From Rhodobacter sp. (GTDB lineage Bacteria > Pseudomonadota > Alphaproteobacteria > Rhodobacterales > Rhodobacteraceae), in contig JBDHSO010000003.1 of assembly GCA_039808125.1 (NCBI GenBank), positions 4,860 to 68,859 of the forward strand: 64,000 nt of DNA, in the 5' to 3' direction. Positions 53,878-63,519 of the stretch are shown in pieces. Both the position numbers and the translations under genes were made by a program. Each line of letters starts with the position of its first letter. Positions within the stretch are counted from its first letter, which is position 1. The notes under the pieces were generated by a model. The model had not been told where the DNA came from. It did not search any database and saw only the letters and a list, made by a program, of their open reading frames with translations.

Positions 53878-53947
53878 TATCGTGATATGTACGCACACCT
53901 CCCTGTTGGACTTTGGCCCGGTGCTTCGCAGTCCCGGGCCTTCTTTT
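53878..53947 (+). ncRNA. Second SorX/SuhB-like sRNA module, copy 2 (5' end uncertain)
   Basis: Identical 14-mer CCTCCCTGTTGGAC (53898-53911), then GGCCCGG/CCGGGCC stem and TTCTTTT. Confidence 0.6.
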
Positions 53948-54024
53948 GACCGGAGACAAGGCGCCGCCCTTGCCGCGCCGGGCGTGGCGCCCTAGTCTCG
54001 CGGCCCGCAGCAGAGGAGCACGCA

Positions 54025-54813
54025 ATGCCTTTCACCCTTGCCACCTGGAACATCAATTCGGTCCGGCTGCGTGAAGGATTGGTGCAACGCCTGCTGCGCG
54101 AAGAGGCACCGGACATCCTGTGCCTGCAAGAGATCAAGACACCGATCGACAAGTTCCCGCTCGAAGGTTTTGCCGAGTTGGGGTACCGCCATCTCGTGGC
54201 GCGCGGGCAGAAGGGCTACAACGGCGTGGCCATCCTGTCGAAGCTGCCGGTCGAGGACATGGGCGATCGCGACTATGCCGGTCTGGGCCATGCCCGCCAT
54301 GTCGTGGCGCGGCTGGAAAATGGTGTCACCATCCACAATTTCTATGTTCCGGCCGGCGGAGACATTCCCGACCGGACGCAGAACGAGAAATTCGGCCAGA
54401 AGCTCGATTTCCTGACCGAAATGCGCGACGCCTTTCTGGCCGACCGGCCGGAGCGCGCGATCCTGGTCGGCGATCTGAACATCGCCCCGCGCGAGGACGA
54501 TGTCTGGAACCACAAGGCGCTGTTGAAGATCGTTTCGCACACGCCGATCGAGGTGGAGCACCTTGGTGCCGCACAGGAGGCCGGGGCCTGGATCGACATC
54601 ACCCGCAAGGATCTGCCGCAGGGGCTGCTTTACAGCTGGTGGAGCTATCGCAGCCCGGACTGGGATGCGGCCGACAAGGGCCGCCGACTGGATCATGTCT
54701 GGGCGACGCCCGATATCGCCAATGCCGGTCATTCCAGCCGCATCCTGCGTCCGGTCCGGGGATGGGACCAGCCCTCGGACCACGTTCCGGTTTTCGCGAC
54801 CTTCGATCTTTGA
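54025..54813 (+). CDS. xth: Exodeoxyribonuclease III
   Basis: TWNINSVRLR, LCLQEIK, YNGVA, GDLNIAP, RRLDH and SDHVP. Confidence 0.95.
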   Translation: MPFTLATWNINSVRLREGLVQRLLREEAPDILCLQEIKTPIDKFPLEGFAELGYRHLVARGQKGYNGVAILSKLPVEDMGDRDYAGLGHARHVVARLENGVTIHNFYVPAGGDIPDRTQNEKFGQKLDFLTEMRDAFLADRPERAILVGDLNIAPREDDVWNHKALLKIVSHTPIEVEHLGAAQEAGAWIDITRKDLPQGLLYSWWSYRSPDWDAADKGRRLDHVWATPDIANAGHSSRILRPVRGWDQPSDHVPVFATFDL

Positions 54814-54934
54814 GATGGCTTGACCCCGGCGTCGCGGGGAGCGGCGCCGGGGAATCGCATCGTGGCCGACAGGACAGGGCGATTGCACCTGTCCCGGCGC
54901 CGCATCCGGATCCGGCCGGGCCGCCTCGCGGCGT

Positions 54935-55615
54935 TCAGACGGTCAGGTCGACGCTGGCGAACGCGGCTTCGATCCGGCCCTTGCCCCAGACCCGCACCAG
55001 AAGCGTCCCGTCCATGCCGGGCGGGGGCGGGCCTGGAGATTCCGGTATCGGCGGCGCCCCGGTGCCCGGTTTGCTGCCGGCCGCGGGTCCGGTCTCGCCG
55101 GGCAGGTCGACGCCCTGGCCTTCCAGCAGGGCAAGGCGGGTGTCGGCCAGCACGACCTCGGCCATGCCGTCCTTGACCAAGACGGAACCGTCCTGAACGC
55201 CGTCGATGAACACCCGCGCATCCGCGAGCAGGACCTCGAAACTCGCGACATCGACCGTGACCGCACCCGGGATCCCGCGGCGGTCGATGACCGCGACACC
55301 GGAGATGTTCAGGCCTTCGCGTCCGTGGCCGCTGCTGCCACGCGCACCGTGACCGAGGCTGACCGAGGTTCGGCCCCCGCGTGCAGGCTGCCGCCACTGG
55401 CGAGGGCCTGTTCGGCCCGCGCCCCCGGGGCCGGTGACGATCCGGCTTCCGGGCGGCAGCCGCAGGCCGGGCCTCAGGGCGACGGTGCCGCCGCCGGAAA
55501 TCTGCGCCTCGCCCTCACCCTCGACGGCGACCACGACAGAATCCTCTCGCGCCGCTGCCGCCGACCATGGCGCGACGGGAAGCGAGAGACCGGCAAGAAA
55601 GACGCGGCGCTGCAT
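54935..55615 (-). CDS. Exported FecR-like domain protein with a probable compensated frameshift
   Basis: Signal-like MQRRVFLAG, beta-rich FecR-like N-domain and Pro-rich C-terminal linker. Confidence 0.55.
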   Translation of the reverse strand: MQRRVFLAGLSLPVAPWSAAAAREDSVVVAVEGEGEAQISGGGTVALRPGLRLPPGSRIVTGPGGAGRTGPRQWRQPARGGRTSVSLGHGARGSSGHGREGLNISGVAVIDRRGIPGAVTVDVASFEVLLADARVFIDGVQDGSVLVKDGMAEVVLADTRLALLEGQGVDLPGETGPAAGSKPGTGAPPIPESPGPPPPGMDGTLLVRVWGKGRIEAAFASVDLTV

Positions 55616-55656
55616 CCTCGCAGGCCAGCCGCGGCGAGGCACATGCGGCAAGCGGG

Positions 55657-56259
55657 TCAGCCGCCGGCCATCAATGCCGTCAGGACGGCATGTGCGCTGT
55701 CGCTGTCCCATTCGGCATCACCGATCAGGCGCGCCACCTCCTGCCCGTCAGGGTTCACGATCACCGTGACCGGCAGGGCCAGGACCCCCATCTGCCGTGC
55801 CAGCACCGACTTGGGGTCGCGCAGCGTTTGCAGCGTGGTGATTCCGGCCTCGTCGAAGAACCGGCCGATCCCCTCGGGCGGATTGCGGCCGGTGGCGAGG
55901 GGCAGAACCACCAGATCGGGCATCGCCACTTGCAGCCGGTCCAGCGCCGGCATCTCGGCGCGGCAAGGCGCGCACCATGTTGCCCAGAAGTTGAGCAGCA
56001 CCCATTTGCCGCGATAGGCCTCAAGGCCAGCCGGGGCGTCGTCCATGGTCAGAAGCTCGGCGGCCGGCACCGGCTGCGGGGAGTCGTGAATCGTGAGCTT
56101 CTTCAACGACCCTTCCCTCAGGGCGGCCGGATCGGCCCCCGCGGCGGCGGCCGTGTCCGTCACCGCGGCGGGCTCCTCTGCCAGCACCGGACCCGCGGCG
56201 AGATTTGCGCCAAGCGCCAAGGCCGTGTAGAGCACCGTCAAACCTGTACGCACCGCCAT
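55657..56259 (-). CDS. tlpA: TlpA/ResA-like periplasmic thiol-disulfide oxidoreductase
   Basis: [17 protein letters not shown] and LPVT. Confidence 0.85.
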   Translation of the reverse strand: MAVRTGLTVLYTALALGANLAAGPVLAEEPAAVTDTAAAAGADPAALREGSLKKLTIHDSPQPVPAAELLTMDDAPAGLEAYRGKWVLLNFWATWCAPCRAEMPALDRLQVAMPDLVVLPLATGRNPPEGIGRFFDEAGITTLQTLRDPKSVLARQMGVLALPVTVIVNPDGQEVARLIGDAEWDSDSAHAVLTALMAGG

Positions 56260-56280
56260 CTTCACCCCCGAGGCCCTGAT

Positions 56281-57684
56281 ATGACCGCTTCCGACCAGAC
56301 CCAGACCGCCAACCAGATGTGGGGCGGGCGTTTCGCCGAGGGGCCGGATGCGATCATGACGGCGATCAACGCCTCGATCGGATTCGACAAGCGGCTCTAC
56401 GCGCAGGACATCGCCGGATCGCGCGCCCATGCCGCCATGCTGGCGGCGACGGGCATACTTACCGATAGCGATGCAAAGGCCATCGGGGAAGGCCTGCTCA
56501 CGGTCTTGTCAGAGATCGAGGCCGGCAGCTTTCCCTTTCGGGCGGAGCTGGAGGATATCCATCTGAACGTCGAATCCCGCCTGACCGAGATCGTGGGCGA
56601 GGCCGGCAAGCGGCTGCATACGGCGCGCTCGCGCAACGACCAGGTGGCGCTGGATTTCCGGCTCTGGGTGCGCGACCAGTGCGATGCCGCCATCGCCGGG
56701 CTGACGGCCTTGATGCGCGCCTTCGTGGCCCAGGCCGAGGCGGGCGCGGATTGGGTGATGCCGGGCTTCACCCATCTGCAAACCGCGCAGCCCGTGACCT
56801 GGGGTCATCATATGCTGGCTTATGTCGAGATGTTCGGCCGCGACCGCGCGCGCTTTCAGGACGCGCGCAGCCGGATGAACGAATCCCCCCTTGGCGCCGC
56901 TGCGCTTGCGGGTACCAGCTTTCCCATCGACCGCCAGATGACGGCCGAGGCGCTGGGTTTCGACCGGCCCGCGGCAAACTCGCTCGATGCGGTGGCCGAC
57001 CGAGATTTCGCGCTGGAATTCCTGTCGGCCGCCTCGATCTGCGCCATGCATCTGTCGCGCTTTGCCGAGGAACTGGTGATCTGGTCCAGCGCGCAATTCC
57101 GTTTCGTCCGGCTGTCGGACCGCTGGACGACCGGCTCCTCCATCATGCCGCAGAAGAAGAACCCCGATGCGGCCGAACTGCTGCGGGCGAAACTGGGCCG
57201 CATCCTCGGCGCCACGGTCGCGCTCTTCACCGTGATGAAGGGGTTGCCGCTGACCTATTCCAAGGACATGCAGGAAGACAAGGAACAGGTCTTCGACGCC
57301 GCCGACAACCTGATGCTGGGCCTGGCCGCGATGACCGGCATGATAGGCGACATGACGGCCAGCCGCGAGGCGCTGCGCGCCGCCGCCGCGAGCGGGTTTT
57401 CCACCGCGACCGATCTGGCCGACTGGCTGGTGCGCCGCCTGGGCCTGCCCTTCCGCGAGGCGCATCACATCACCGGCGCGCTGGTGGCCATGGCCGAGAA
57501 GAAGGGCGTCGACCTGCCGGGCCTGACGCTGGCCGAGATGCAGTCGGTTCATGCCGGGATCACCGAAGAGGTCTTCGGGGTGCTGGGCGTCGACAACTCG
57601 GTCAATTCGCGGACATCCTACGGCGGAACCGCGCCGGTGCGGGTGCGCGAACAGATCGCCCGCTGGCAAGCCGCGCTGGCCTAG
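56281..57684 (+). CDS. argH: Argininosuccinate lyase
   Basis: [25 protein letters not shown] and [12 protein letters not shown]. Confidence 0.97.
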   Translation: MTASDQTQTANQMWGGRFAEGPDAIMTAINASIGFDKRLYAQDIAGSRAHAAMLAATGILTDSDAKAIGEGLLTVLSEIEAGSFPFRAELEDIHLNVESRLTEIVGEAGKRLHTARSRNDQVALDFRLWVRDQCDAAIAGLTALMRAFVAQAEAGADWVMPGFTHLQTAQPVTWGHHMLAYVEMFGRDRARFQDARSRMNESPLGAAALAGTSFPIDRQMTAEALGFDRPAANSLDAVADRDFALEFLSAASICAMHLSRFAEELVIWSSAQFRFVRLSDRWTTGSSIMPQKKNPDAAELLRAKLGRILGATVALFTVMKGLPLTYSKDMQEDKEQVFDAADNLMLGLAAMTGMIGDMTASREALRAAAASGFSTATDLADWLVRRLGLPFREAHHITGALVAMAEKKGVDLPGLTLAEMQSVHAGITEEVFGVLGVDNSVNSRTSYGGTAPVRVREQIARWQAALA

Positions 57685-57717
57685 GGCAGGTTCGGCCGGA
57701 ACCGAGCGGAGTTGCCG

Positions 57718-57855
57718 ATGCGTCTGATCCTTGCCCTTTCCCTGTTGTCGCTTGCCGCCGCCTGCGGCGTCGATGGCGCGCCGCGGCCGCCGGCCGAAAA
57801 GCCGGGGCTGACCGTTACCGGCACGGCCCGGGTCGGGGTGGCGGGCACGCTGTGA
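57718..57855 (+). CDS. Small lipoprotein 1, 45 aa (not in the ORF track)
   Basis: MRLILALSLLSLAAACGVDGAPRPPAEKPGLTVTGTARVGVAGTL with lipobox Cys16. Confidence 0.75.
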   Translation: MRLILALSLLSLAAACGVDGAPRPPAEKPGLTVTGTARVGVAGTL

Positions 57856-58049
57856 CGCGGGCGCTGCTCCTTCTCGTGCTGGCGAGCGGTTGTTCGACGC
57901 CGCAGATGGGACTGCATCTCGACACGGCAAGCGGCCATGTCTCGCCTTCGCTGGCCACGGCGCTGGGTCCGGTCACGGTGGGGGCGAGTGGCGCTGGCGG
58001 GTCGATCGGTACCCGGCTGGGGCCCGTGGGGCTGTCCGCAGGGTTCTGA
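57852..58049 (+). CDS. Small lipoprotein 2, 65 aa, GTG start
   Basis: GTGA overlap with lipoprotein 1. Reads MTRALLLLVLASGC and ends LGPVGLSAGF. Confidence 0.65.
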   Translation: MTRALLLLVLASGCSTPQMGLHLDTASGHVSPSLATALGPVTVGASGAGGSIGTRLGPVGLSAGF

Positions 58050-58135
58050 ACGCCGGCCTCCGGCCCGCCGCCGCCGCCGATTGCGCCGGTTGCCGGGCAT
58101 GCTATAGCGATGCCGTCACGGGCCGCGGGGGGGCG

Positions 58136-59401
58136 ATGGATCATTTCCTTTACAGGGGCGGCATTCTTCATGCCGAGGATGTTGCGCTGACCGAGATCGT
58201 GGCCGCGGTCGGCACCCCGCTCTACGTCTATTCCACCGCGACGCTGACGCGGCATTTCCGCCTGTTTACCGAGGCGTTGGCGCCGCTGCCGCATCTGGTC
58301 TGCTTCGCGATCAAGTCGCTGTCGAATGTGGCCGTGCTGAAGACACTGGGCGATCTTGGCGCGGGGATGGATGTGGTCTCCATCGGCGAATATCTGCGTG
58401 CCCGCGCGGCGGGCGTGCCCGGGGATCGGATCGTCTTTTCCGGTGTCGGCAAGACGCGGGCCGAGATCCGCGCGGCGCTGGAAGGCGGGGTGCGCCAGTT
58501 CAACGTGGAATCGGAACCCGAGATGCGGGCGATTTCCGAAGTGGCGGTGTCGCTCGGTACCACGGCGCCCATTGCGATCCGGGTGAACCCCGATGTCGAC
58601 GCCCATACCCATGCCAAGATCGCCACCGGGAAAAGCGAGAACAAGTTCGGCATTCCCATCTCCAGGGCCGTTGCCGCCTATGCCGAGGCCGCGCGCCTGC
58701 CCGGGCTGCGTGCCGTGGGCGTCGATGTCCATATCGGCAGCCAGCTGACCGACCTTGCGCCCTTTGAACAGGCCTTCCGCAAGGTTGCGGATCTGACCGG
58801 AACCCTGCGCGCCGAGGGCCACCGGATCGAGCGGCTGGATCTCGGCGGCGGGCTTGGCATCCCCTATGCGCGCTCGAACGAGGCGCCGCCCTTGCCCACC
58901 GATTATGGCGCAATGATCAAGCGCACGCTCGGCCATCTGGATTGCGAAATCGAGATCGAGCCGGGACGGCTGATTTCGGGCAATTCGGGCTTGCTGGTCA
59001 CTCAGGTGATCTATGTGAAGAACGGCGAGGGACGCGACTTTCTTATCCTCGATGCCGCGATGAACGACCTGATCCGCCCGGCGATGTACGAGGCCTATCA
59101 CGACATCCTGCCGGTGATCGAGACGACGCCCGGCGAGCCGACCCGGCCGTTCGACGTGGTGGGTCCGGTCTGCGAAACCGGCGACACCTTCGCGCGCGGG
59201 CGCGAACTGCCGCTGCTGGCCGAAGGCGATCTGGTCGCCTTCCGCAGCGCGGGGGCCTATGGCGCGGTGATGGCCAGCGAATACAACAGCCGGCCGCTGG
59301 TGCCCGAAGTCCTGGTTCATGGGGATCAATTCGCTGTCATTCGCGAAAGGCCGACCTTTGACGAAATGATCGCCCGGGATAAGCTGCCCCGGTGGCTGTG
59401 A
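58136..59401 (+). CDS. lysA: Diaminopimelate decarboxylase
   Basis: FAIKS, SKFG-like NKFGI, HIGSQ, LDLGGG, EPGR and GPVCETGD. Confidence 0.96.
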   Translation: MDHFLYRGGILHAEDVALTEIVAAVGTPLYVYSTATLTRHFRLFTEALAPLPHLVCFAIKSLSNVAVLKTLGDLGAGMDVVSIGEYLRARAAGVPGDRIVFSGVGKTRAEIRAALEGGVRQFNVESEPEMRAISEVAVSLGTTAPIAIRVNPDVDAHTHAKIATGKSENKFGIPISRAVAAYAEAARLPGLRAVGVDVHIGSQLTDLAPFEQAFRKVADLTGTLRAEGHRIERLDLGGGLGIPYARSNEAPPLPTDYGAMIKRTLGHLDCEIEIEPGRLISGNSGLLVTQVIYVKNGEGRDFLILDAAMNDLIRPAMYEAYHDILPVIETTPGEPTRPFDVVGPVCETGDTFARGRELPLLAEGDLVAFRSAGAYGAVMASEYNSRPLVPEVLVHGDQFAVIRERPTFDEMIARDKLPRWL

Positions 59402-59430
59402 TCCCTGGCAGCCAGGAAAGCGATGGCGGA

Positions 59431-61902
59431 ATGGCGGATCCCGCGCCCGAGACGGCCCTGGATGCACTGAAATGGCCCCGCAGGCTGACGCTGGCGGGGC
59501 TTTGGGCCGAGCGCCTGACCCAGGCGTTCTGGCCGCTCTGGACCGTCCTGCTGTTTGCTTTCGCGGCCATAGCCTTCGGCGTGCATGAATACGGGCCGCT
59601 TCTCTGGGTGCAGATCGGCGCCGGGCTCCTGGCGCTTCTGGCCCTGATCGCGCTGCTGCGCGGTTTCTATCGGTTCCGCCGCCCAACCGAGGATGAGGCG
59701 CTCGCCCGCCTTGACGCGGCGCTGCCCGGCCGGCCCATCGCGGCGCTGCGCGACACCCAGATCGTCGGCTCCGCCGATCCTGCCTCGGTCGCGGTCTGGC
59801 GGGTGCATCTGGCCCGCATGGCCGAACGGGCGCGTGCGGCCCGGCCGGTGCGGCCCAACCTTCAGCTTTCTGCCCGCGATCCCTATTCGCTGCGCTATGT
59901 GGCGCTGACGGCGGCGGTCATGGCGGCGCTGTTCGGCTCGTTCTGGCGGGTGACGGAAGTGGCCGGTATCGCGCCCGGCCCGGCCGAGGCGATGCCGGGC
60001 GGCCCGGTCTGGGAGGGCTGGGCGAAACCTCCCGCCTATACCGGCAAGCCCACGCTCTACCTGAACGAGATCGCCAGCGACACGATCGAGGTGCCGGTCG
60101 GGACCCGCATCCAGATCCGGCTTTACGGCCCCGAGGGCGGGCTGACCGTGGAACAGGACATCGCGCAGGTCGCCCCCCCGGCGCCGGCCGCCACCGATGG
60201 GGCGACGGCGGCGGTGCCGCAGGGGCTCGCCGGCCTGACCGACCTGACCGTCAGCCAGTCGGGCCGGCTGGCCATCGCAGGCCGCGGCGGCCGCGAATGG
60301 CAGGTCATGGCAATTCCCGATCTGGCGCCGACGGTTCAGATCTCGGGCGAGATGGGGCGCGAGGCGGATGGCAAGTTCAAGCAGGGTTTCGCCGCCGAGG
60401 ACGATTACGGCATCACCGGCGGGCAGGTGTCGATCACGCTCGATCTTGCCGCGGTCGAACGCCGCTTCGGGCTGACGGTCGCGCCGGAGCCGATCGCGCC
60501 GCTGGTTCTGGACCTGCCGATGCCGGTAAAGGGGGACCGGGCGAAGATCGCCGAGACGCTGGTCGACGACGTGTCGCAATCGGTGCTGGCGAACATGCCG
60601 GTCAGCATGATCTTTTCCGTGACCGATGCCGCCGCCAACGCGGGCGCGGCGCCGGCCTATTCGGTGACGCTGCCGGGCAAAAGGTTCTTCGATCCGATGG
60701 CGGCGGCGGTGATCGAGATGCGGCGCGATCTGCTCTGGAATCGCGAGAACCTATCGCGGGCGCTGCCCATCCTGAAGGCGATGATGTATCGGCCCGAGGA
60801 TCTGACGCGCTCGGCAAATGCCGCCAAGCGGTTGCGGGTGCTGATCCGCGAGATGGACGCCATGGCGCGGCCGCTGACGACCGAACAGCGCGACGCGGCG
60901 GCCGAAGAGCTGTGGCAGATCGCCTTCATGTTCGAGGAGGGCGATCTCGGTTCCGCGATGGACCGGCTGCAACGTGCGCAGGACCGGCTGGAGGAGGCGA
61001 TCCGCAACGGTGCCTCGCCCGAGGAAATCGACCAGTTGATGAAGGACATGCAGCAGGCGATGCGCGACTATACGCGCGAGCTTGGCGAAGAGGCGATGCG
61101 CAACCCCCAGCCGCCGCAGGAAGGTGGCCAGCAGATCACCGGCGACCAGTTGCAGCAGATGCTGGACGAGATCGAGCGACTGATGAACGAGGGCAAGACC
61201 GCCGAGGCGATGGCCCTGATGGAACAGTTGCGCCAGCTTATGGAAAACCTTCAGGTCACGCAGGGCGAGGGCCAGGGCGAAGGCCAGGGCAATCCGTCGA
61301 TGAAGGAACTGGGCCAGACGTTGCAGGATCAGCAGGGCCTGTCCGACGATGCCTATCGCGACATGCAGCGTGACCGCAACGGCGAGCCGGGCGCGCAGGA
61401 TCCGGGCGAACTGGCCGAGCGGCAGGGCGAATTGCGTCAGCGGCTGAACGATCTGCAATCGGGCCGCCTGCCCGGAGACGGCACGGAAGACGGCGAGGCC
61501 GGCCGTGACGCCCTGGACCGTGCCGAAGAGGCGATGCGTCAGGCCGAGCGGGCGCTTGAAGAGGGCGACCTCGACGGCGCGCTCGACCGCCAGGCCGAAG
61601 CGATGCAGGCCATGCGCGAAGGCATGAAGGAATTCGGCGATGCGCTGGCGCAGGAACAGCGCGACCAGCAGGGCGCGGGCGGTGACCAGCGCCAGGCCGG
61701 TCGCGCCGATCCGAACGGCAAGGATCCGCTGGGCCGCGAGACCGGCGATGCGGCGCGGATCGGGTCCGACCAGAACATGGTGCAGAACGATCCCGACACC
61801 CGCGCGCAGGAACTGCTTGATGAAATCCGCCGCCGCTCGGGCGAGGCGGAACGGCCGCAAGAGGAACTCGACTACCTCAAGCGCCTGCTGGATCTGTTCT
61901 GA
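59431..61902 (+). CDS. TIGR02302/DUF4175 membrane-anchored coiled-coil protein
   Basis: N-terminal TMs, W..PP.YT motif, Gln-rich helical C-terminus, DPLGR and YLKRLL. Confidence 0.85.
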   Translation: MADPAPETALDALKWPRRLTLAGLWAERLTQAFWPLWTVLLFAFAAIAFGVHEYGPLLWVQIGAGLLALLALIALLRGFYRFRRPTEDEALARLDAALPGRPIAALRDTQIVGSADPASVAVWRVHLARMAERARAARPVRPNLQLSARDPYSLRYVALTAAVMAALFGSFWRVTEVAGIAPGPAEAMPGGPVWEGWAKPPAYTGKPTLYLNEIASDTIEVPVGTRIQIRLYGPEGGLTVEQDIAQVAPPAPAATDGATAAVPQGLAGLTDLTVSQSGRLAIAGRGGREWQVMAIPDLAPTVQISGEMGREADGKFKQGFAAEDDYGITGGQVSITLDLAAVERRFGLTVAPEPIAPLVLDLPMPVKGDRAKIAETLVDDVSQSVLANMPVSMIFSVTDAAANAGAAPAYSVTLPGKRFFDPMAAAVIEMRRDLLWNRENLSRALPILKAMMYRPEDLTRSANAAKRLRVLIREMDAMARPLTTEQRDAAAEELWQIAFMFEEGDLGSAMDRLQRAQDRLEEAIRNGASPEEIDQLMKDMQQAMRDYTRELGEEAMRNPQPPQEGGQQITGDQLQQMLDEIERLMNEGKTAEAMALMEQLRQLMENLQVTQGEGQGEGQGNPSMKELGQTLQDQQGLSDDAYRDMQRDRNGEPGAQDPGELAERQGELRQRLNDLQSGRLPGDGTEDGEAGRDALDRAEEAMRQAERALEEGDLDGALDRQAEAMQAMREGMKEFGDALAQEQRDQQGAGGDQRQAGRADPNGKDPLGRETGDAARIGSDQNMVQNDPDTRAQELLDEIRRRSGEAERPQEELDYLKRLLDLF

Positions 61903-61905
61903 TCG

Positions 61906-62673
61906 TCAGCCACCGTCGCCGTTCAGCCTGTCGGTCGCGCTGTTCATCAGCGCGTCGAGCCGATGACGCAGCCCGTCGACAAAACCGACATAGGAGTCGA
62001 GCGGGGCTTTCAGGGCCGGCACCGTCTTCTGGATGGCGGGCGCCGCAAGATAAAGGACGGCCGCCACCACGAGGACAGACAGCGCGATCAGAAAGCCGAT
62101 GCGGAAAGCGGTGCCCCGTGTCAGTTCGGTTGCGGCCTCGCCACCCTCCTCCTCCCCGTCCGTGCTGTCGGGTTGCAGGGTGGAGTTGATGTCGTCGACA
62201 TTCGGCAGAAGGTCGCGCCGGGCTGCGGGCCTGGCGGCGGAGGTTTCGGTCTCTTCGCCCTTCGGCGCCGTCACCCGCTGCCCGGCCGCCGAAGGTCCGG
62301 GTGGCGGGATGATGCCCAGATCGGGCTGGGTCCGGAACTGGTCCTCCGCCTCGGCCCGGCGCGAGGCGCTGCGGCGGGCCTCTGCCCGGCGTGCCTCTGC
62401 CTCGCGATCGGCCTCTTCGCGCAGGATGGACAGGACCGAATTGTCGATGGCGTTTCGTGCAGGTGCGGCGGGGGGTGCTGCGGGCGCTGCGGCCGGGTTC
62501 TCGGGTGCGGCGGCAGGGGGTACGGCGGTGGCATCCGTGCTTTCTGCGGCGGCAGGGCGTGTCTGGAACCAGGCATGCCCGCAATTCGAGCATTGCACGT
62601 CGCGACCGGCCTCAGGAATCGCGTCGTCGGGAACCTCGTATCTGGCATCGCAGTTTGGGCAGGCCAAACGCAT
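61906..62673 (-). CDS. MJ0042-type zinc-ribbon membrane protein, ZitP-like
   Basis: CPNC.ARY.V...VQCSNCGHAW, low-complexity linker and one C-terminal TM. Divergent from ftsE. Confidence 0.8.
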   Translation of the reverse strand: MRLACPNCDARYEVPDDAIPEAGRDVQCSNCGHAWFQTRPAAAESTDATAVPPAAAPENPAAAPAAPPAAPARNAIDNSVLSILREEADREAEARRAEARRSASRRAEAEDQFRTQPDLGIIPPPGPSAAGQRVTAPKGEETETSAARPAARRDLLPNVDDINSTLQPDSTDGEEEGGEAATELTRGTAFRIGFLIALSVLVVAAVLYLAAPAIQKTVPALKAPLDSYVGFVDGLRHRLDALMNSATDRLNGDGG

Positions 62674-62847
62674 CAATTCCACCCCGTCTAGGCATTCGCC
62701 CGGTGCCGTTGTAGCAACGAACCCAAGACCATCCAAGACTTTGTGTCCTGCTCTTGTGGGATCCGCAAGGCGCGTGCGATGGAAGGCACAGGGGAAACGC
62801 AGCCAATTCGTGCGGGACGCGCGCACAGGGGCCAGGGGATACAGGCG

Positions 62848-63519
62848 GTGATTGCCTTCGAGAATGCGGCATACAACTATGGCGGGGGCGAATTGCTGTC
62901 CGAGGTCTCGCTGCGCCTGGCGCCGGGATCGTTCCACTTCCTGACCGGCCCGTCAGGTTCGGGCAAGACCACCTTCCTGAAGATGGCCTATGCCGAACTG
63001 ATGCCTACGGCCGGCCATGTCACGATCTTCGACCGCGAGGTGAAGAGCCTGTCGCGCGACGATATCGCCCGCACGCGGCGGCGGATCGGCGTGGTGCATC
63101 AGGACGGCCAGTTCCTTGACCATCTGCCGCTGGCGACCAATGTGATGTTGCCGCTGATGGTGGCCGGGCGGCGCGGCAATGCCGAGGATCTCGGCGCGCT
63201 CCTGGCCTGGGTGGGGCTGAAGCATCTGTCGGATGCGCTGCCGCCCTCGCTGTCGGGCGGCGAACGCCAGCGTGCCGCGCTGGCGCGGGCGATTATCATG
63301 GGGCCGGATGTGGTCCTGGCCGATGAGCCGACCGGCAATGTCGACTGGGAAATGTCGCTGCGGCTGCTGACCCTGCTGGTGGAACTGAACCGCATGGGCA
63401 AGACCATCGTCATCGCCACCCATGACCTGAACCTGATCCGGCAGGCCAAGAACCAGATCCCGGCACGCGTCCTGCGCATCTCGAAACGGCGCATTCAACT
63501 GGCGGGGGCGGATCTGTGA
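62848..63519 (+). CDS. ftsE: Cell division ABC ATPase FtsE (GTG start)
   Basis: GPSGSGKT, IGVVHQD, LSGGERQR and ADEPTGNVD. Confidence 0.93.
   Translation: MIAFENAAYNYGGGELLSEVSLRLAPGSFHFLTGPSGSGKTTFLKMAYAELMPTAGHVTIFDREVKSLSRDDIARTRRRIGVVHQDGQFLDHLPLATNVMLPLMVAGRRGNAEDLGALLAWVGLKHLSDALPPSLSGGERQRAALARAIIMGPDVVLADEPTGNVDWEMSLRLLTLLVELNRMGKTIVIATHDLNLIRQAKNQIPARVLRISKRRIQLAGADL

Noticed and set aside
53694-53911. Reading the duplicated 14-mer as a CRISPR mini-array or att sites
   Set aside because: There are only two short copies with a 190-bp spacer and no cas or integrase genes. Each copy is tied to a terminator, which fits sRNA modules better.
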